From Dimargaris cristalligena (taxonomy: Eukaryota), in NCBI GenBank assembly GCA_003614675.1, contig ML002343.1, positions 1 through 40,010 on the forward strand: DNA of 40,010 nt. The letters run 5' to 3'. This document shows, piece after piece, positions 1 through 12,096 of this stretch (positions are counted from its first letter, which is position 1; the number at the start of each line of letters is the position of its first letter). A program made the position numbers and the translations under genes. The notes under the pieces are model-generated. The model worked only from the letters and a program-made list of their open reading frames with translations, was not told where the DNA came from and did not search any database.

Positions 1-1
1 T

Positions 2-3000
2 AACTGTGGGTGCCGCAATGTCTTTTTTGTTGGGATTTATTCCGGCCAAGAGTGATTCGGTGGTGGTTCTATTGTGTCGTCAGCCCTGTGCTGCCATTTC
101 CAACAGCAAGGACGTCACCTGGGATATCACTGAATGGCTGCCCTTGATTGACGACCGCTGTTTTCTGCCCTGGCTGGTCACTGTGCCCTCCGAGCAAGAA
201 CAGCTCCGCGCTCGTCAAGTGACGGCCCAACAGATCAACCGAATTGAGGATATGTGGAAGGAGCGGCCCGACGCCGAGTTTAACGACGTCGAGAAACCCC
301 AGGAAGGGGATGAACCCGATCCCATTAAGCTCCGCTACGAAGACGGCTATCAGTATCAGAATATCTTCGGACCTCTGGTGCAAATGGAAGCTGAATACGA
401 TAAGAAGATGAAGGAGGCCCAGGCCCAGGAGGACATTGCCGTCCGCTGGGATATAGGTTTGAATCAGAACCGCCTGGCCTGGTTTATCTTCCCCAAACTC
501 GAACTGGGCGAGGTCCGTCTAGCGGTGGGCGACGAACTTCGCCTGCGTTACCGTGGCGAATTACACGCCGAATGGGAGGGCAATGGTCACGTCATCAAAA
601 TCCCCAACAATACCAGCGACGAGGTGTGTCTGGAATTGAAGCGTGGCGACGATGCCCCCACTGACTGTACCCACAACTTCACCGTGGATTTTGTTTGGAA
701 CTCCACTAGTTTTGACCGTATGCAGGCCGCGCTTAAAAAGTTTGCGGTCGACGAGATGGCCGTCAGTGGCTACCTGTACCACAAGCTGCTGGGCCACGAT
801 GCCGAGCCCCCCGTTCTCAAGGCAGAATTGCCCCAGCGCTTTTCCGCGCCCAATCTACCCGAACTCAATCATTCCCAAGTCTTCGCCGTCAAAAGTGTGC
901 TGTCCCAGCCCCTGAGTCTGATCCAGGGTCCCCCGGGTACGGGCAAAACGGTGACGTCGGCCACAGTGGTGTATCACTTGGCCAAGATGGCCGCGGGCCA
1001 GATTCTGGTGTGTGCGCCTAGTAATGTGGCAGTGGACCAACTCACTGAGAAGATTGATTTGACGGGGCTCAAAGTGGTCCGAGTCATGGCCAAATCCCGT
1101 GAGGAACTGGACTCGAGTGTCCGTCACCTGTCTCTGCACGAGCAAGTCATGAATATGGACACCTACCCGGAACTGCAGAAACTGCTCCGCCTACGTCAGA
1201 GCGTCGGTGAATTGAGTCGCAAGGACGAGCAGCGTTTCATGAAGTTACGCCGGGCCTGCGAGCGCGAAATCCTCGAAAACGCAGATGTGATTCTGACCAC
1301 CTGCTCCGCCGCTGGCGATCCGCGGTTCAGCGGCCTCAAATTCCGGGCGGTACTTATTGACGAGTCCACCCAGGCATCCGAGCCCGAAATCATGATTCCC
1401 TTGGTCCACGGGATCCGCCAAGTAGTATTGGTGGGTGACCACCAGCAGCTCGGGCCTGTGATCATGAACAAACGGGCCGCCAACGCCGGGCTCAACTTTA
1501 CCCTGTTCGAGCGTCTCATCCACCTTCGTCTACGTCCGCACCGTCTGCAGGTGCAGTACCGTATGCACCCGTGCCTGTCCGAATTCCCCAGTAACATGTT
1601 CTATGAGGGTTCCCTACAGAACGGTATCACCACCCAGGAGCGTCTGCGTGCCGACGTCAAGTTCCCCTGGCCCGTACCCGAAACACCCATGATGTTCCAC
1701 ATCAATTTGGGCCAGGAGGAAATTTCCACCAGCGGTACTTCGTACCTGAACCGCACGGAGGCCACCAACTGCGAAAAAATTGTTACCACGTTTTTGCGGG
1801 CTGGCGTGTCCCCGCAGTCCATCGGCATCATCACCCCTTACGAAGGCCAGCGAAGCTACATTGTTAACTATATGCAGTTTAGCGGTACGTTGCGCAAGGA
1901 ACTGTACAAGGAAATCGAAGTGGCCAGTGTCGACGCATTTCAAGGTCGGGAGAAAGACTACATTATCCTGTCGTGTGTCCGCAGCAACGAGCACCAGGGT
2001 ATCGGGTTTTTGAACGATCCCCGCCGCCTTAACGTGGCCTTGACCCGTGCTAAATACGGACTGGTCATCCTAGGGAACCCGAAGGTTCTGAGCCGCCATG
2101 GACTGTGGCATGACTTGCTGACCCATTTCAAGGATAACGATTGTTTGGTCGAAGGGGCTCTCACTAACCTTAAAGTTAGCTTGATCCAGTTGAGTCGGCC
2201 CCGCCGGCACCAGTTCAACCGTCGGTCCAAGGCCACGGCCAACTGGACTACGGACGATCCCTTAGCGGCAGCCAACGGCCGTATGTCGGGTAACGGCGGG
2301 GGTGCTCCGTCCCCGTTTGCCTCCACTGCCAATGGTCACCCTCACCACATGTGGCAGGACTCCATGAGCTCGATTGCGGCGTATTCCCAACCGGGACTGG
2401 GATCCCAATTGTCTATCCCACTGATTGGCTCTCAGACGGCACCGTTCAGCCAGGAATTGTCCCAGTTGGGTGAAGACGCCTACGGATCGTATATCCCTAC
2501 TAATCCCCACCACCGCAATAACCAAGGGCATCAGAGTCGGGGTCGTCGCGGCCCCGTGGGCGGCCACGAGTCCCACCTGCGTGGACACGGCGCAGGGGTC
2601 AGTGGCCGTGGGGCTCCCCAGTCGTACTATCAAGGGGGCGGTGGCTACCGGCAAATGGCGCCTACCGACTTTGCTGGCGGACCGTCATCTGACATCATGA
2701 GCCAAACAACGGGCTACGATGAACAACTGACCCAGGGTAGTGTCGGAGTCCAGTATTCGGCGTCTATCCTCATGTCCCAGTCCGATCGAATGAACGTCGC
2801 GGATTGGCTGGGGTCTTCGCATACCCATTATGGATCCAAGTCCATGGGTAATGGAAATACCAACAATGCTTCGTCCAGTCGCCCGAATGGCAACAGTAGA
2901 AGCCATCATCATTCCTCGCATCCTACTTCGACGGCCCGCGCTTACGGTGGTTACCATGACCCCGACGTACACGCTGGCGGCGGCTTGTACGACTACCTCG

Positions 3001-3164
3001 ACGATATCTATAAGGCCCACCCCGTGCAGGCCCCTCGTAATTCCCTCTACGGCGGGGCCCCAGCGGGTGGCAGAAAGGGACCGTCGGGCCACCCGGGAGT
3101 CGCGGATGATGCCCAGTCCGACTTTGGCTCGGAATTGAATTCCCAAAAATTCACGCAGTTCTAG
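2..3164 (+). CDS. UPF1: Regulator of nonsense transcripts 1 / UPF1 (NAM7) SF1 RNA helicase, 5'-truncated by the window edge; apparent +1 frameshift at T6 (23-28)
   Basis: End of the Cys/His-rich domain ([29 protein letters not shown]), Walker [19 protein letters not shown], Walker [34 protein letters not shown] and [11 protein letters not shown]. Low-complexity S/Q/G/H C-terminal tail with SQ motifs. Confidence 0.97.
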   Translation, partial: TVGAAMSFLLGFIPAKSDSVVVLLCRQPCAAISNSKDVTWDITEWLPLIDDRCFLPWLVTVPSEQEQLRARQVTAQQINRIEDMWKERPDAEFNDVEKPQEGDEPDPIKLRYEDGYQYQNIFGPLVQMEAEYDKKMKEAQAQEDIAVRWDIGLNQNRLAWFIFPKLELGEVRLAVGDELRLRYRGELHAEWEGNGHVIKIPNNTSDEVCLELKRGDDAPTDCTHNFTVDFVWNSTSFDRMQAALKKFAVDEMAVSGYLYHKLLGHDAEPPVLKAELPQRFSAPNLPELNHSQVFAVKSVLSQPLSLIQGPPGTGKTVTSATVVYHLAKMAAGQILVCAPSNVAVDQLTEKIDLTGLKVVRVMAKSREELDSSVRHLSLHEQVMNMDTYPELQKLLRLRQSVGELSRKDEQRFMKLRRACEREILENADVILTTCSAAGDPRFSGLKFRAVLIDESTQASEPEIMIPLVHGIRQVVLVGDHQQLGPVIMNKRAANAGLNFTLFERLIHLRLRPHRLQVQYRMHPCLSEFPSNMFYEGSLQNGITTQERLRADVKFPWPVPETPMMFHINLGQEEISTSGTSYLNRTEATNCEKIVTTFLRAGVSPQSIGIITPYEGQRSYIVNYMQFSGTLRKELYKEIEVASVDAFQGREKDYIILSCVRSNEHQGIGFLNDPRRLNVALTRAKYGLVILGNPKVLSRHGLWHDLLTHFKDNDCLVEGALTNLKVSLIQLSRPRRHQFNRRSKATANWTTDDPLAAANGRMSGNGGGAPSPFASTANGHPHHMWQDSMSSIAAYSQPGLGSQLSIPLIGSQTAPFSQELSQLGEDAYGSYIPTNPHHRNNQGHQSRGRRGPVGGHESHLRGHGAGVSGRGAPQSYYQGGGGYRQMAPTDFAGGPSSDIMSQTTGYDEQLTQGSVGVQYSASILMSQSDRMNVADWLGSSHTHYGSKSMGNGNTNNASSSRPNGNSRSHHHSSHPTSTARAYGGYHDPDVHAGGGLYDYLDDIYKAHPVQAPRNSLYGGAPAGGRKGPSGHPGVADDAQSDFGSELNSQKFTQF

Positions 3165-4372
3165 TGGGATGTGCGGGAGCGGGGTTTAGTCCGTTGATAT
3201 AGTGATGCGTAGCGCCGCAATTTCTCCCCCCTTCTTCATTTTCCCCTCTGCCATCGTACCAATCTCGGCTTTTCCACCAACGACTCACTCCTGCCTTTTA
3301 TACCACTCATTTTCACCCGGTCTGCTCAACTGACCAGGGTCCTGAACAAGTTATTAGACATGCTATTCGGCCCCAAAAAGTGGTGATCCGTTGAACGTCT
3401 ACCTCGTTTTGCCCAATGTTTGGCGTTCACTTCATTTGAGCTTCTGATTTTGGCATATAGGCCAATGTGATGAAAGTGGGCCCAGTCAGTTCCACATTCC
3501 CCTACATTATCTCTGTTTAGAGAGGTGGTTTATTCAGAGTCGTTCTAACAACTCACCTTGCCAGATTGTTCATGATTCGAACCTTTCTGTGCTTAAGGGT
3601 AGGCATGTAATAGGCGCTCAGCAATATGGGTGGGTGAGCACCACCTTTCAGCCAGCACGGCGCTGGGTATCGAAGAAGTGCATAGTTTACGCGTGCCTAC
3701 GAAGAAAAGGGTGTGCTCGAGTGGATTGAAGTATAATTATACCCTTGAGTCTTTTATGGCACAAATTTTGCTCGCTTAACGCCTGGCCCTTGGCACTTGA
3801 GGCACAGGTCTTTAATTCAGTGGAGGGTAATATTCTCTTCACTAAGTTTCATTGTGGAGATTGCTATACCAGGAGTCCAAACCTTTTATGTGGGCACATT
3901 TCGCTAACATAATTATATAGCCCGTGCATCATCACTTTTCACTATTTCTTCCTTTATAATAAACCAACTATCACCAGCATTGCCACTTTTCTTTGACACT
4001 ATGGGGCCATTTCAGTACCACTATATAGGAGTTTTAATGAAATATACATGATAGAATTTAGTGGATAATGCATTTTTAACTAGTAAAACTTGCTCTAGGC
4101 CAAGCCTCTCCCACATGAGCAATGTCAACATTTCGCCATGCACTATTTGCGGGCGTATTATCACGCCAGTGGCCTGGTTCAGAAAAAAATATTGAAGATG
4201 TTGAAATTTATTATTAATGGGTATAGTACTTTTAAATGAGTAGAAATCAGTCGCAATATATAGAAGTGCCTTTACTAAAACCTACTACTACTGATGTGCT
4301 CAATTTCAAAGCCCTTAACATTTAGTCTGCAAAACTAAAAACAACCATTGGCATCTCTTAATTTAAAGAGAT

Positions 4373-4377
4373 AAAAA
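4373..4377 (-). terminator. Pol III oligo-T terminator of the 5S gene
   Basis: AAAAA on + (TTTTT on -) at the 3' end of the 5S sequence. Confidence 0.6.
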
Positions 4378-4494
4378 GTTATAGCACTAACTATTCCCAA
4401 GTGGTCTCCCACCTCAGTACTAAATTAGCTGACAATTCCTTAACTACGCAGATCTAACGGGATACGGTGTAAACAATTGCATATGACCATAACT
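4377..4494 (-). rRNA. Dispersed 5S rRNA gene (divergent variant or young pseudogene)
   Basis: The reverse complement reads AGTTATGGTCATATGC...CACCGTATCCCGTTAGATCTGCGTAGTTAAG...TTAGTACTGAGGTGGGAGACCACTTGGGAATAGTTAGTGCTATAACT (118 nt). The 5' and 3' ends pair (AGTTATGGT/GCTATAACT). Box A-like AGTTAAG and box C-like GGTGGGAGACC are present, followed by a T-run. Confidence 0.88.
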
Positions 4495-4789
4495 GAAAAT
4501 TTATGGATTACCAATATAATACCTGGTAAAGAGCACTATTTCTGAATTTAATTGAATAGAGCACCCCTGTGCTATAATGTAAAAGATCCTAAGTATTGAA
4601 AAATATCCTATTGAAACTGCCAATACCCCCCTTTGAAAACCACATTACTTATATTTCGCAGTCCCGGGGGATTAGCCGGAGCCCTGGCCTTGTAACATTA
4701 GGGAGAAGGTGTCCCCGTCACAACTTGGGGATAGCCATAGCGAGATTAATTCTGAAGCTAATAGGTCCCCCCATTGGACCACAACCCCC

Positions 4790-6229
4790 TCAAGGACTGG
4801 GTTGAGTATGGGTGGAATCCAATGTTAAGCCATCCAGGAAGATCTGGTTGACCGTGGTATTGGGCGGAGCATTCACAATTTGCACCAGGGCATGCTGAAT
4901 AAAGCCTACCATACGGTCAATGGAGGCTTCCGTGTACAGTTTGGTATTATAGAACACCACTGGGTCAATACTGGACCTTTTTTCAAAAAAATCGACAACA
5001 AGATTAGACTTGATCAGCTCAAAGAACCGAACGTCGGATACTTTCAAGTTGTGGGTGGGGTTGGACCCCATGGAGTCGGGTAGAATATCATAGCCCATCT
5101 CCGTGGCATAGGGGGTTTCGGTGGGGGGTTTCCCCGATGCTGCTGCCGTCCATTTAAAGATATCGACTGGACTAGTGTATTCAAACTGGGCTAAGTTAGT
5201 GTCCGTCTCTTCCAATGATAGGAGCCACGATTCGATGGTGGAGTGGCCCAGACGTACTCGAAAGGGAAGCATGTTGATACAAGGTCCAATCGTTTGGTCC
5301 ATGGCGGGAAGATTAAGGCGGCGGCCGGAAGTGAAGGTTTTGAAGGTTACCTCATTCTGGTCCAGGAGGCGGCCCAAAACGACGGCATAGGCGGCCCGGA
5401 GGAGGGTGGTAACCGTAATGCCTAGTCGCTCCGCAAATTGGTACAGGGCTTCTTTGGAAACATCGAGTTTGGTTATATACACCGTATGGCCTAGTACACC
5501 GACATGGTTAGAGGCAGAAGGGGGTGCGGGTGTAGGGAGGGCATCTTGCAAATAATTGATCCAAAACGTTTGGGTCTGGAGAGGGTCTACCTGATGGTGC
5601 ACATGGTCAACTAACACTGCATGAGTGACTGCTGGCGGAGGAACGGCTAGCTGGGGACAGTGGTAGGCCTCCAGTAGCAGCTTGAGTAAGGTGAAGAGCG
5701 ACAGACCGTCCATTAGTGAATGGTGCAATGAAAGAACTAGGATATGAACGTTCGTGTCCATGGTGGGGAAGACAAAGTTGTGAACCATGTGGTTTTTTAT
5801 GCAAAAGCCACGCTGGTTGTTCTCCATGAGAAAGGCATCCAAGGAAGACAGGGGCTCGTCAACGACCACCCATGCAGTAGGGCAGGAACGTAGAACGACT
5901 TGGGCGAACTCGGGTGTCTGTCTACCCGGTAATTCGATAAAGTGGGACCGCAAAGGGGCATGCTGTTCGGAAACGGCATTCCAGGCCTGTATCAATTGAG
6001 GAACCTCCAATGGGCCCGTGAGGGTGGCCGACAATTGAATGTGGTAAGCGGTCGGGTCGGCGGTGAGGTCCATAAGCACAGCAGACTGGGCCGAGATACA
6101 CGGTAGAAAGTCCTCTACCTGGCTAAGCGGGATCTGGCGGTTAGCCAATTCATTGACTACCGCTTGAGTCTCGGTATCAGAGAGTTGGAAATAGGCGGAC
6201 TTGAACAGAGTGTCAGTAGCACGTAGCAT
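4790..6229 (-). CDS. Stand-alone NRPS condensation (C) domain protein, 479 aa
   Basis: C1-like VEDFLPCISAQ, AWNAVSEQHAPLRSHF, catalytic HHxxxDG (LHHSLMDG), FW, LRAAYAVVL and TSGR...IGPCINMLPFRV. No A or T domain in the ORF. TATAAA on the minus strand about 140 bp upstream (~6368-6373). Confidence 0.88.
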   Translation of the reverse strand: MLRATDTLFKSAYFQLSDTETQAVVNELANRQIPLSQVEDFLPCISAQSAVLMDLTADPTAYHIQLSATLTGPLEVPQLIQAWNAVSEQHAPLRSHFIELPGRQTPEFAQVVLRSCPTAWVVVDEPLSSLDAFLMENNQRGFCIKNHMVHNFVFPTMDTNVHILVLSLHHSLMDGLSLFTLLKLLLEAYHCPQLAVPPPAVTHAVLVDHVHHQVDPLQTQTFWINYLQDALPTPAPPSASNHVGVLGHTVYITKLDVSKEALYQFAERLGITVTTLLRAAYAVVLGRLLDQNEVTFKTFTSGRRLNLPAMDQTIGPCINMLPFRVRLGHSTIESWLLSLEETDTNLAQFEYTSPVDIFKWTAAASGKPPTETPYATEMGYDILPDSMGSNPTHNLKVSDVRFFELIKSNLVVDFFEKRSSIDPVVFYNTKLYTEASIDRMVGFIQHALVQIVNAPPNTTVNQIFLDGLTLDSTHTQPSP

Positions 6230-7272
6230 GGTTGGCTGACTCGATTACTAAAACGAAGGAGGCGAGGCTAGGGATGGGCGTACTGGGAATATATGGATGG
6301 ATAGCGAGTAGGTAATGCCAAAAGGGACTCGGTGAAGTTAGAATTAAGGTGTCCGGCCGGAAAATTATTTATAAAGCAGGGCCAGTCATAATTGAGGTAT
6401 TAATCTGGAGTGGAATCGGGGGCTCTATGAAAAAGACCTTTAACCCGGGTGAAAGGCTCCAGTGGCATCAAACAGACTATACCTACCCAAACTCTGTTTT
6501 ATTTCTATGGGTATCCGCTTATTCTTGGCATTTACCAATACACGGCTGCAAATAAGGCAAGGGGCATGTTAATCTAATAGCGATAATGTATCATTTAACC
6601 TGTAATTCGCCTTTAATGTTCCCACCATCACCCGTCGGCACTGTACGATGAGAGATAAAGCTGTTCGTGATGTCAGGGCCCAATAAATTGGCAGGCAATC
6701 TTTGTTTTCATGCGTTTACGGCCGCCTTGCTTAGTCAGTTGTCACTCCGTCGTGCGATGTAGGCCGTTGGGTGCATTCGGTGGCAAAGTCGAGTGAAACG
6801 ATCCCTCCAAGCCGGCCGATTGGTTAAGAGCACCTGGGAGCACATGCCAAGCCACAGGTGATACCGTTATCATCGATCAGGGCGTAAGTGTGAAAGTGCC
6901 AGTATACCGTGTAGATGTTTCCCATAGGAACGATAATCCATCATCAAAAGTTGAAAGAGCCTGAGAAGTATGAGGGCGTAACCGCCGGGTCATTAATTAA
7001 AGCAACGATGGTACTGTACACCATGCCATAGGTGTATGTGCGAGAAAAATGGCGGGGAAACATCCGAAGAGAATTTCCGAATAGTAAGAATCGATGGGGT
7101 TGGGATGTCGTAATGAAACAATCTGGCAATATATTAGGCCATAGAGCATTGTATAGTGCGGGCTAAGGTCTACCCAGCGAGGTAACTAAACCGAAACATT
7201 TATTTGATGATGAGGGATGTTAGTGGCCAAGAACCCATCTACAGTCTACTCTCCCGTACACGCACACCATAT

Positions 7273-7408
7273 GGGAGAAGTTCATCCAAGCTGTATAACG
7301 AAAAATCCATTAGATTCGGCCAATATTACTAGTTAAAAATAAATTTCCCATATATTCTCCCATACACATATATTGCAAACCCTTATATAGCTGGGCTGAA
7401 TTTCACCC
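7273..7408. mobile_element. 136-bp MITE, copy 1
   Basis: Imperfect ~27-bp TIRs GGGAGAAGTTCATCCAAGCTGTATAA ... TTATATAGCTGGGCTGAATTTCACCC, flanked by ATAT on both sides. Homologous to 11961-12096, 18703-18844 and 21500-21635. Confidence 0.85.
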
Positions 7409-8212
7409 ATATGTAAAACACCATGCAGCCATATCGAACCTAGCCCATACCCATGCCTTAGTATGGCCCTTCCTCCCCCATGTTTTCCTTGCATGACCCT
7501 TTCTTGTGTCAGAGCACCTCCCTCCCATTCCTTCTCCTTGCACTTCCGCTCAAGGCCATATTCCCCCCCCGCCTAATTACTTTCTACCACTCGCCATTTA
7601 GCATGTTGGCCTAGCCTTATTAAACTCCTATACTACCGCCCGTCTGTCTCCAACCCCAATAAGCCCCCTGGTGTCTCGACTTACCATTAACCTGAAAAAC
7701 TAGGCAACGTCCGGGGGCACCCGTGAGGGAAACCCCATTACCAGGAGTGGCATAGACCATAAAGGGAACAGGAACATTCTGTGGCAACCAGCCAACAATA
7801 AGTTCTACATTCTAAAGAGAACGAGGGATGGACGAATTTATCGCAGCCGAAACACACGGTCAATCAGCCGAGTCCTTCTAGAAATAGTTAGACTAGGAAA
7901 AGAGAAAAGAAGTGAGAGTTGGGGCCCGGCTCCCATAACGTCAAGTGTTTGGTTGTTTTGGGATACCTATAGTTTTATGACCCAAGGATGTGCACCTCCT
8001 ACCATAGTTACCCATTTCTTGGCATCTATCCTTTGGTTCAAGGCCAAGGCAAGCGGAGCCGGTTATAAATACCCTGGAAGACCGAACAGTTGTTCAGACC
8101 ATTAGCTCTACCTATTTCTTATTTTTAAACCCCGCTACTTTACCTAGCCTTTCATCATTCCCGTGCTTATATATCTTCCTGTTTAACCTTAACCATCCTC
8201 CGTACCGAACCC

Positions 8213-9011
8213 ATGGGCAGCAGTAAGTTTTTATTCGATATGTTCCCCTAGCTGCATTGGTATCCCATAGTGGGCGGTGCTGAGAATAGAGCGCCAAGAC
8301 CGACCGACCTGCACTCCCGCTTGAATCTGGTTCAGGGCGTCATATCGACCGGTGTATTTATTCTGGAGAGTCAATGTTTAGGCCCGCTATACCATATCCG
8401 GTCCTATATAATAATGCGACATGCTTAATTTGTACTAGCGGCTTTCTACAACCACTAACCACCCTCATCTGCATGTACCTCTAATTCTCTTTCAATCAAT
8501 AGACCAACCCGTTCGTTATTTAATAAAGCGTCCCAGGCGCATGTCGCGAGATAAGGATGTCATCAATGAAAATGGCGAAATCGTCTACCGTCGACTGTCG
8601 GGGACGCTCGGCAGCCTGAAGCGATTTGAGGAGGCCATAACAAAGGAGGTAATTTGGAAACACCCGGCCAAATTCCCATCCCCTGATAAGCGCGAATTTA
8701 TCAATCCCCGCACGGTCACCCGGGTCTTATTAATCCAGGATCACGGCTTTCACCAAACCTGGTACCGCTTCACCTATAGTGGCAACAACTACATCTGGAA
8801 GAGCGTGTCCTCCTTACACACTGAGCTCAAGTGCTACCACGAGGATAGCGGTATCCTCGTGGCTGAATTCAACGACAGGATTGGCAAACCCAGCTCCATC
8901 AATATTTACCCATTATCGGGGTGGGTTGATGGTTTCCAGGAGTTTCTGATATTTAGCGGTATTGATGTGGGTGAAACGATTATAGATTGTTACGGCACCA
9001 CTGGCTATTAA
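8213..9011 (+). CDS. Small hypothetical fungal protein (~172 aa), two exons (8213-8222, 8503-9011); possibly DUF6593/LURP-one-like beta fold
   Basis: ATGGGCAGCA|GTAAGT donor, CTAAC branch point near 8455 and CAATAG acceptor at 8502 join in frame to the 8541 ORF (MGSNQPVRYLIKRPRRMSRDK...). The motifs YRFTYSGNNYIWK and LVAEF resemble that family. TATAAA at ~8064. Confidence 0.7.
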
Positions 9012-9446
9012 ATTTGCCTCCGGTGGGGCAATTCGTTGAAGAGTATCTCCCTAATAGACTTGTACATGTGTCCCCTAGTGAATGCTTCCTTAATACAACC
9101 GTATTTACATACAATTATCCATCAACAGATTGCTAGTGTGACTTACACCATAGTTGGAGAAGGTGCCAATAAACAGGCTATAGATGTTACTTCGTTGTGA
9201 GTAGATTACTCAGTTGGCCAACTCGGTATTGTTTACTAAGACAAAGGCAGGATATTGGGCCAATTTCTGATACTTTGGCGTGTGAGCCGATGGACCCCCA
9301 GACCGATGTGTACTTAACACAGCCCGGCTGTATGAATATTTAAACCGAGTGAAAGTGTGTACATACTCGATACACCGAGCAGTTTAATATTAAGAACCGT
9401 TCAATGGGCCAACGACTCTGGTGGATACAAGGAAACGATATTATAT

Positions 9447-9527
9447 GGAGAGGTTCAACCCTGCTGTAAAACAAAAAACCCCTTAGATGAAGCAAATACC
9501 ATAGATTAAAAATGAACCACTCATATA
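9447..9527. mobile_element. Degenerate partial copy of the 136-bp MITE
   Basis: ATATGGAGAGGTTCAACCCTGCTGTAAAACAAAAAACCCCTTAGATGAAGCAAATA aligns to the reverse complement of the right end of copy 2. Confidence 0.6.
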
Positions 9528-10079
9528 ATATATACTGGCTCTATACTGATATACTGAGTCTGCTTGGCTATATTATGCCAAACTAAACCCTATGGTTACT
9601 CCTCAATTAGTCAGGTGCACCTCATGCCCCTTTTACTGATTAATTCGGCAATATATTTGGTATCAGCTCCTACTGCCGTCTATAAGACGCCCTTCGCAAC
9701 CTTATAATGGGCATCCTCTTAAATTATTCCTTCTATGCAAAGTAATCTAGCAAATACTAACATTATAACCCACGACATTGGGCTCTAATCGATTTTATAG
9801 ACAATTAGATAAATTTGGGAAAGTATATATATAAATATAGAGTAAAAAGAAAGGCCAGAAAAATACTAATAGACGGCGTATTTTTTTAAAAAAATAGAAG
9901 TCAACTACTGAAGAGATATAATAGATAGAATTGTTAACCAAAGATGTTTAGTACAATGTGCCTATAAGTCGACAGAAACAAGTGCCTCATCGGTGTTAAT
10001 AATATCTAACCTGGACTGGGGTACCTCCTCCCGACCAGGGTGATGTGAAGAGGGAATAGGCATGCGAGCATACCACCAC

Positions 10080-11057
10080 TTAAATGAAATGGGATGGGTC
10101 CAACTTGCACGACGGCTTATCGTTAGTGATAGTGGGCCCCGAGGCGGTGTTGGTCGTGGTAGGAGGAACCATCACCCTATCGTACCCACCAAGCGCATCA
10201 GGGACCTCTGCGACCCCCGCTTTCGGCGATTCGTAGTGCACTATATTCGAACTATTGGAGTAATAACGATGGTATAGACGACCAGCATCATCCAACTTTA
10301 GAGTATTGGTATACGTCAGAGGAAAACATTCCGTGTACCCAGATACTGGGCGTGGTCGATATATTTTTAATGCCATCGACACATCAGTCCAGCCCTGCTC
10401 AGCGGCACGTGCATATACTTTATCGCGTATTTCACCGGTATTGCCTACGAAGTTTAATAGCGCCCGAAAAAACTCGGGTTGACCGTAGGTCTTGGCTATA
10501 GAGAGAGCCCGGGCTATATGAGGGTCGTCGATTTCGGAAAAGAGGTTGAATTGTTGCAGGTCCATGGCAAATGTAGGCGTTAGGGTGGCGAACCGGGCTA
10601 AAGTATAGACCGCCATTTCGAACATGGCCCCTCCACACGAGTGTCGCAGCGAGTTCGTTTGTTCCAGTTGACTGACCAATTCTAGACGATCGTCCGGAGT
10701 TTTGGGCGAATTCACCCACACGACAGCCTTCTGCAGAAAATTAGAGATACGGACATAACTCGGAAGAATCCGGCGTTTTATTTCGAGCTCGAGCACTGTC
10801 ATGAGTGAAGGGGACATTGCTAAATCCATCAACTTCTGCAGCTGCTGTAAATCACCCTGGTGAATCTGGTCCTCGAGGAACTGAAAAGCGCCGACAAAGG
10901 GGTCGTAGTCCCGTTGGGCGGAGTCAGTTATGGGGACCACTTGGACATGAGTGTGGAGCCATGCGAGTTCAGGGTGAAACTCCCGCAACGCCTTCTGGAG
11001 TTCCACGTCATTGGAAGTTTCCGGGTTAGGTTTCCCGGTACCCGTTATGGGTTCACC
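10080..11057 (-). CDS. Orphan helical protein (>=325 aa; last exon, upstream exon not resolved), weak ankyrin-like helix pairs
   Basis: The frame stays open upstream of the listed GTG to a CTAAT...CCTTAG branch/acceptor at ~11058-11073. The segment ALSIAKTYGQPEFFRALL...AAEQGWTDVSMAL resembles degenerate ankyrin repeats. Confidence 0.6.
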   Translation of the reverse strand, partial: GEPITGTGKPNPETSNDVELQKALREFHPELAWLHTHVQVVPITDSAQRDYDPFVGAFQFLEDQIHQGDLQQLQKLMDLAMSPSLMTVLELEIKRRILPSYVRISNFLQKAVVWVNSPKTPDDRLELVSQLEQTNSLRHSCGGAMFEMAVYTLARFATLTPTFAMDLQQFNLFSEIDDPHIARALSIAKTYGQPEFFRALLNFVGNTGEIRDKVYARAAEQGWTDVSMALKIYRPRPVSGYTECFPLTYTNTLKLDDAGRLYHRYYSNSSNIVHYESPKAGVAEVPDALGGYDRVMVPPTTTNTASGPTITNDKPSCKLDPSHFI

Positions 11058-11960
11058 TAAGGTTGTGTATTAGAGGCGTGACAGAGGAAGATGGATATTG
11101 GACTCGACAAACCCCGGGAGAATCCAGTTAAGAATGAGCGACTGGGTTAGAACAATTGTGACGTTAGTGTTGATGTCGGGCAGGTATGGACTGAAATGGA
11201 GAGACATTCCGGACGTCCTAGCCAAGACCTATATTTTTAGAAGAATTGATGGCGGTATCATTGAATCAATGGTTACAGCCGGAGACTGAAAATCAAATAG
11301 GTTAAAAATACGGGAGAATTAAATAAGTATTTTGGTGTTTATGTTATATAATGGGGGTTAGGGATGCTCGGGGGAAGGCAGAGTTACCCATTCAATCATG
11401 GAGTAATATATTATAAGGCGAAAAATACCTCGTTGGCGATCTGATCCCTTGTGCGCTGCACTTGGTTCTGTTCAATTGATACACCGTCTGCCTGCCATTG
11501 GTCACCGGGGCCCACCGTTGGGAAGGGGGCCTTGTACCTCATATTATTCGGAACAGTTGTGGGTATACGAAGAGGACGAAGTATAGGGGGGATGACATGG
11601 TTGAATGCCAATCTACTGACAGTCTAAGGACTAATGTAAATAATATAACCATTTGACATAATAAGCGATCACTCTTGCACATTAATATCTGTTGGTAAAT
11701 GTTCAGCGGGCAATTGTGATGCTCAGGTAGAGTCTAACCACTATTGGGAAAATAACTATCATGGCAAAACAACTGTGGGCGGTAGAAAGCCATAAATGTC
11801 AGCATAGGATCAAAAAACAGGATATTTTCCTTCCGTCCAACCCAACTTACCACTAATACCCCCTCCTCCAACTATTTATTATTTAGAATAATGGGCCCTC
11901 TCGCTGGGGTGCATACTGGTATTTTACAAAATACCTTGAGTCGTTACCATTTTATGATAT

Positions 11961-12096
11961 GGGTGAAATTCGGCCCAGCTGTATAAGGTTTTAAATAATA
12001 AGCGTATGGGATAATGTATGGGAGATTTATTTTTAACCAGTAATATTTGCTTCATCTAATGGATTTTTCGTTATACAGCTCGGTTGAACCTCTGCC
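11961..12096. mobile_element. 136-bp MITE, copy 2 (inverted relative to copy 1)
   Basis: GGGTGAAATTCGGCCCAGCTGTATAA ... TTATACAGCTCGGTTGAACCTCTGCC, flanked by ATAT/ATAT; 136 bp. Confidence 0.85.
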
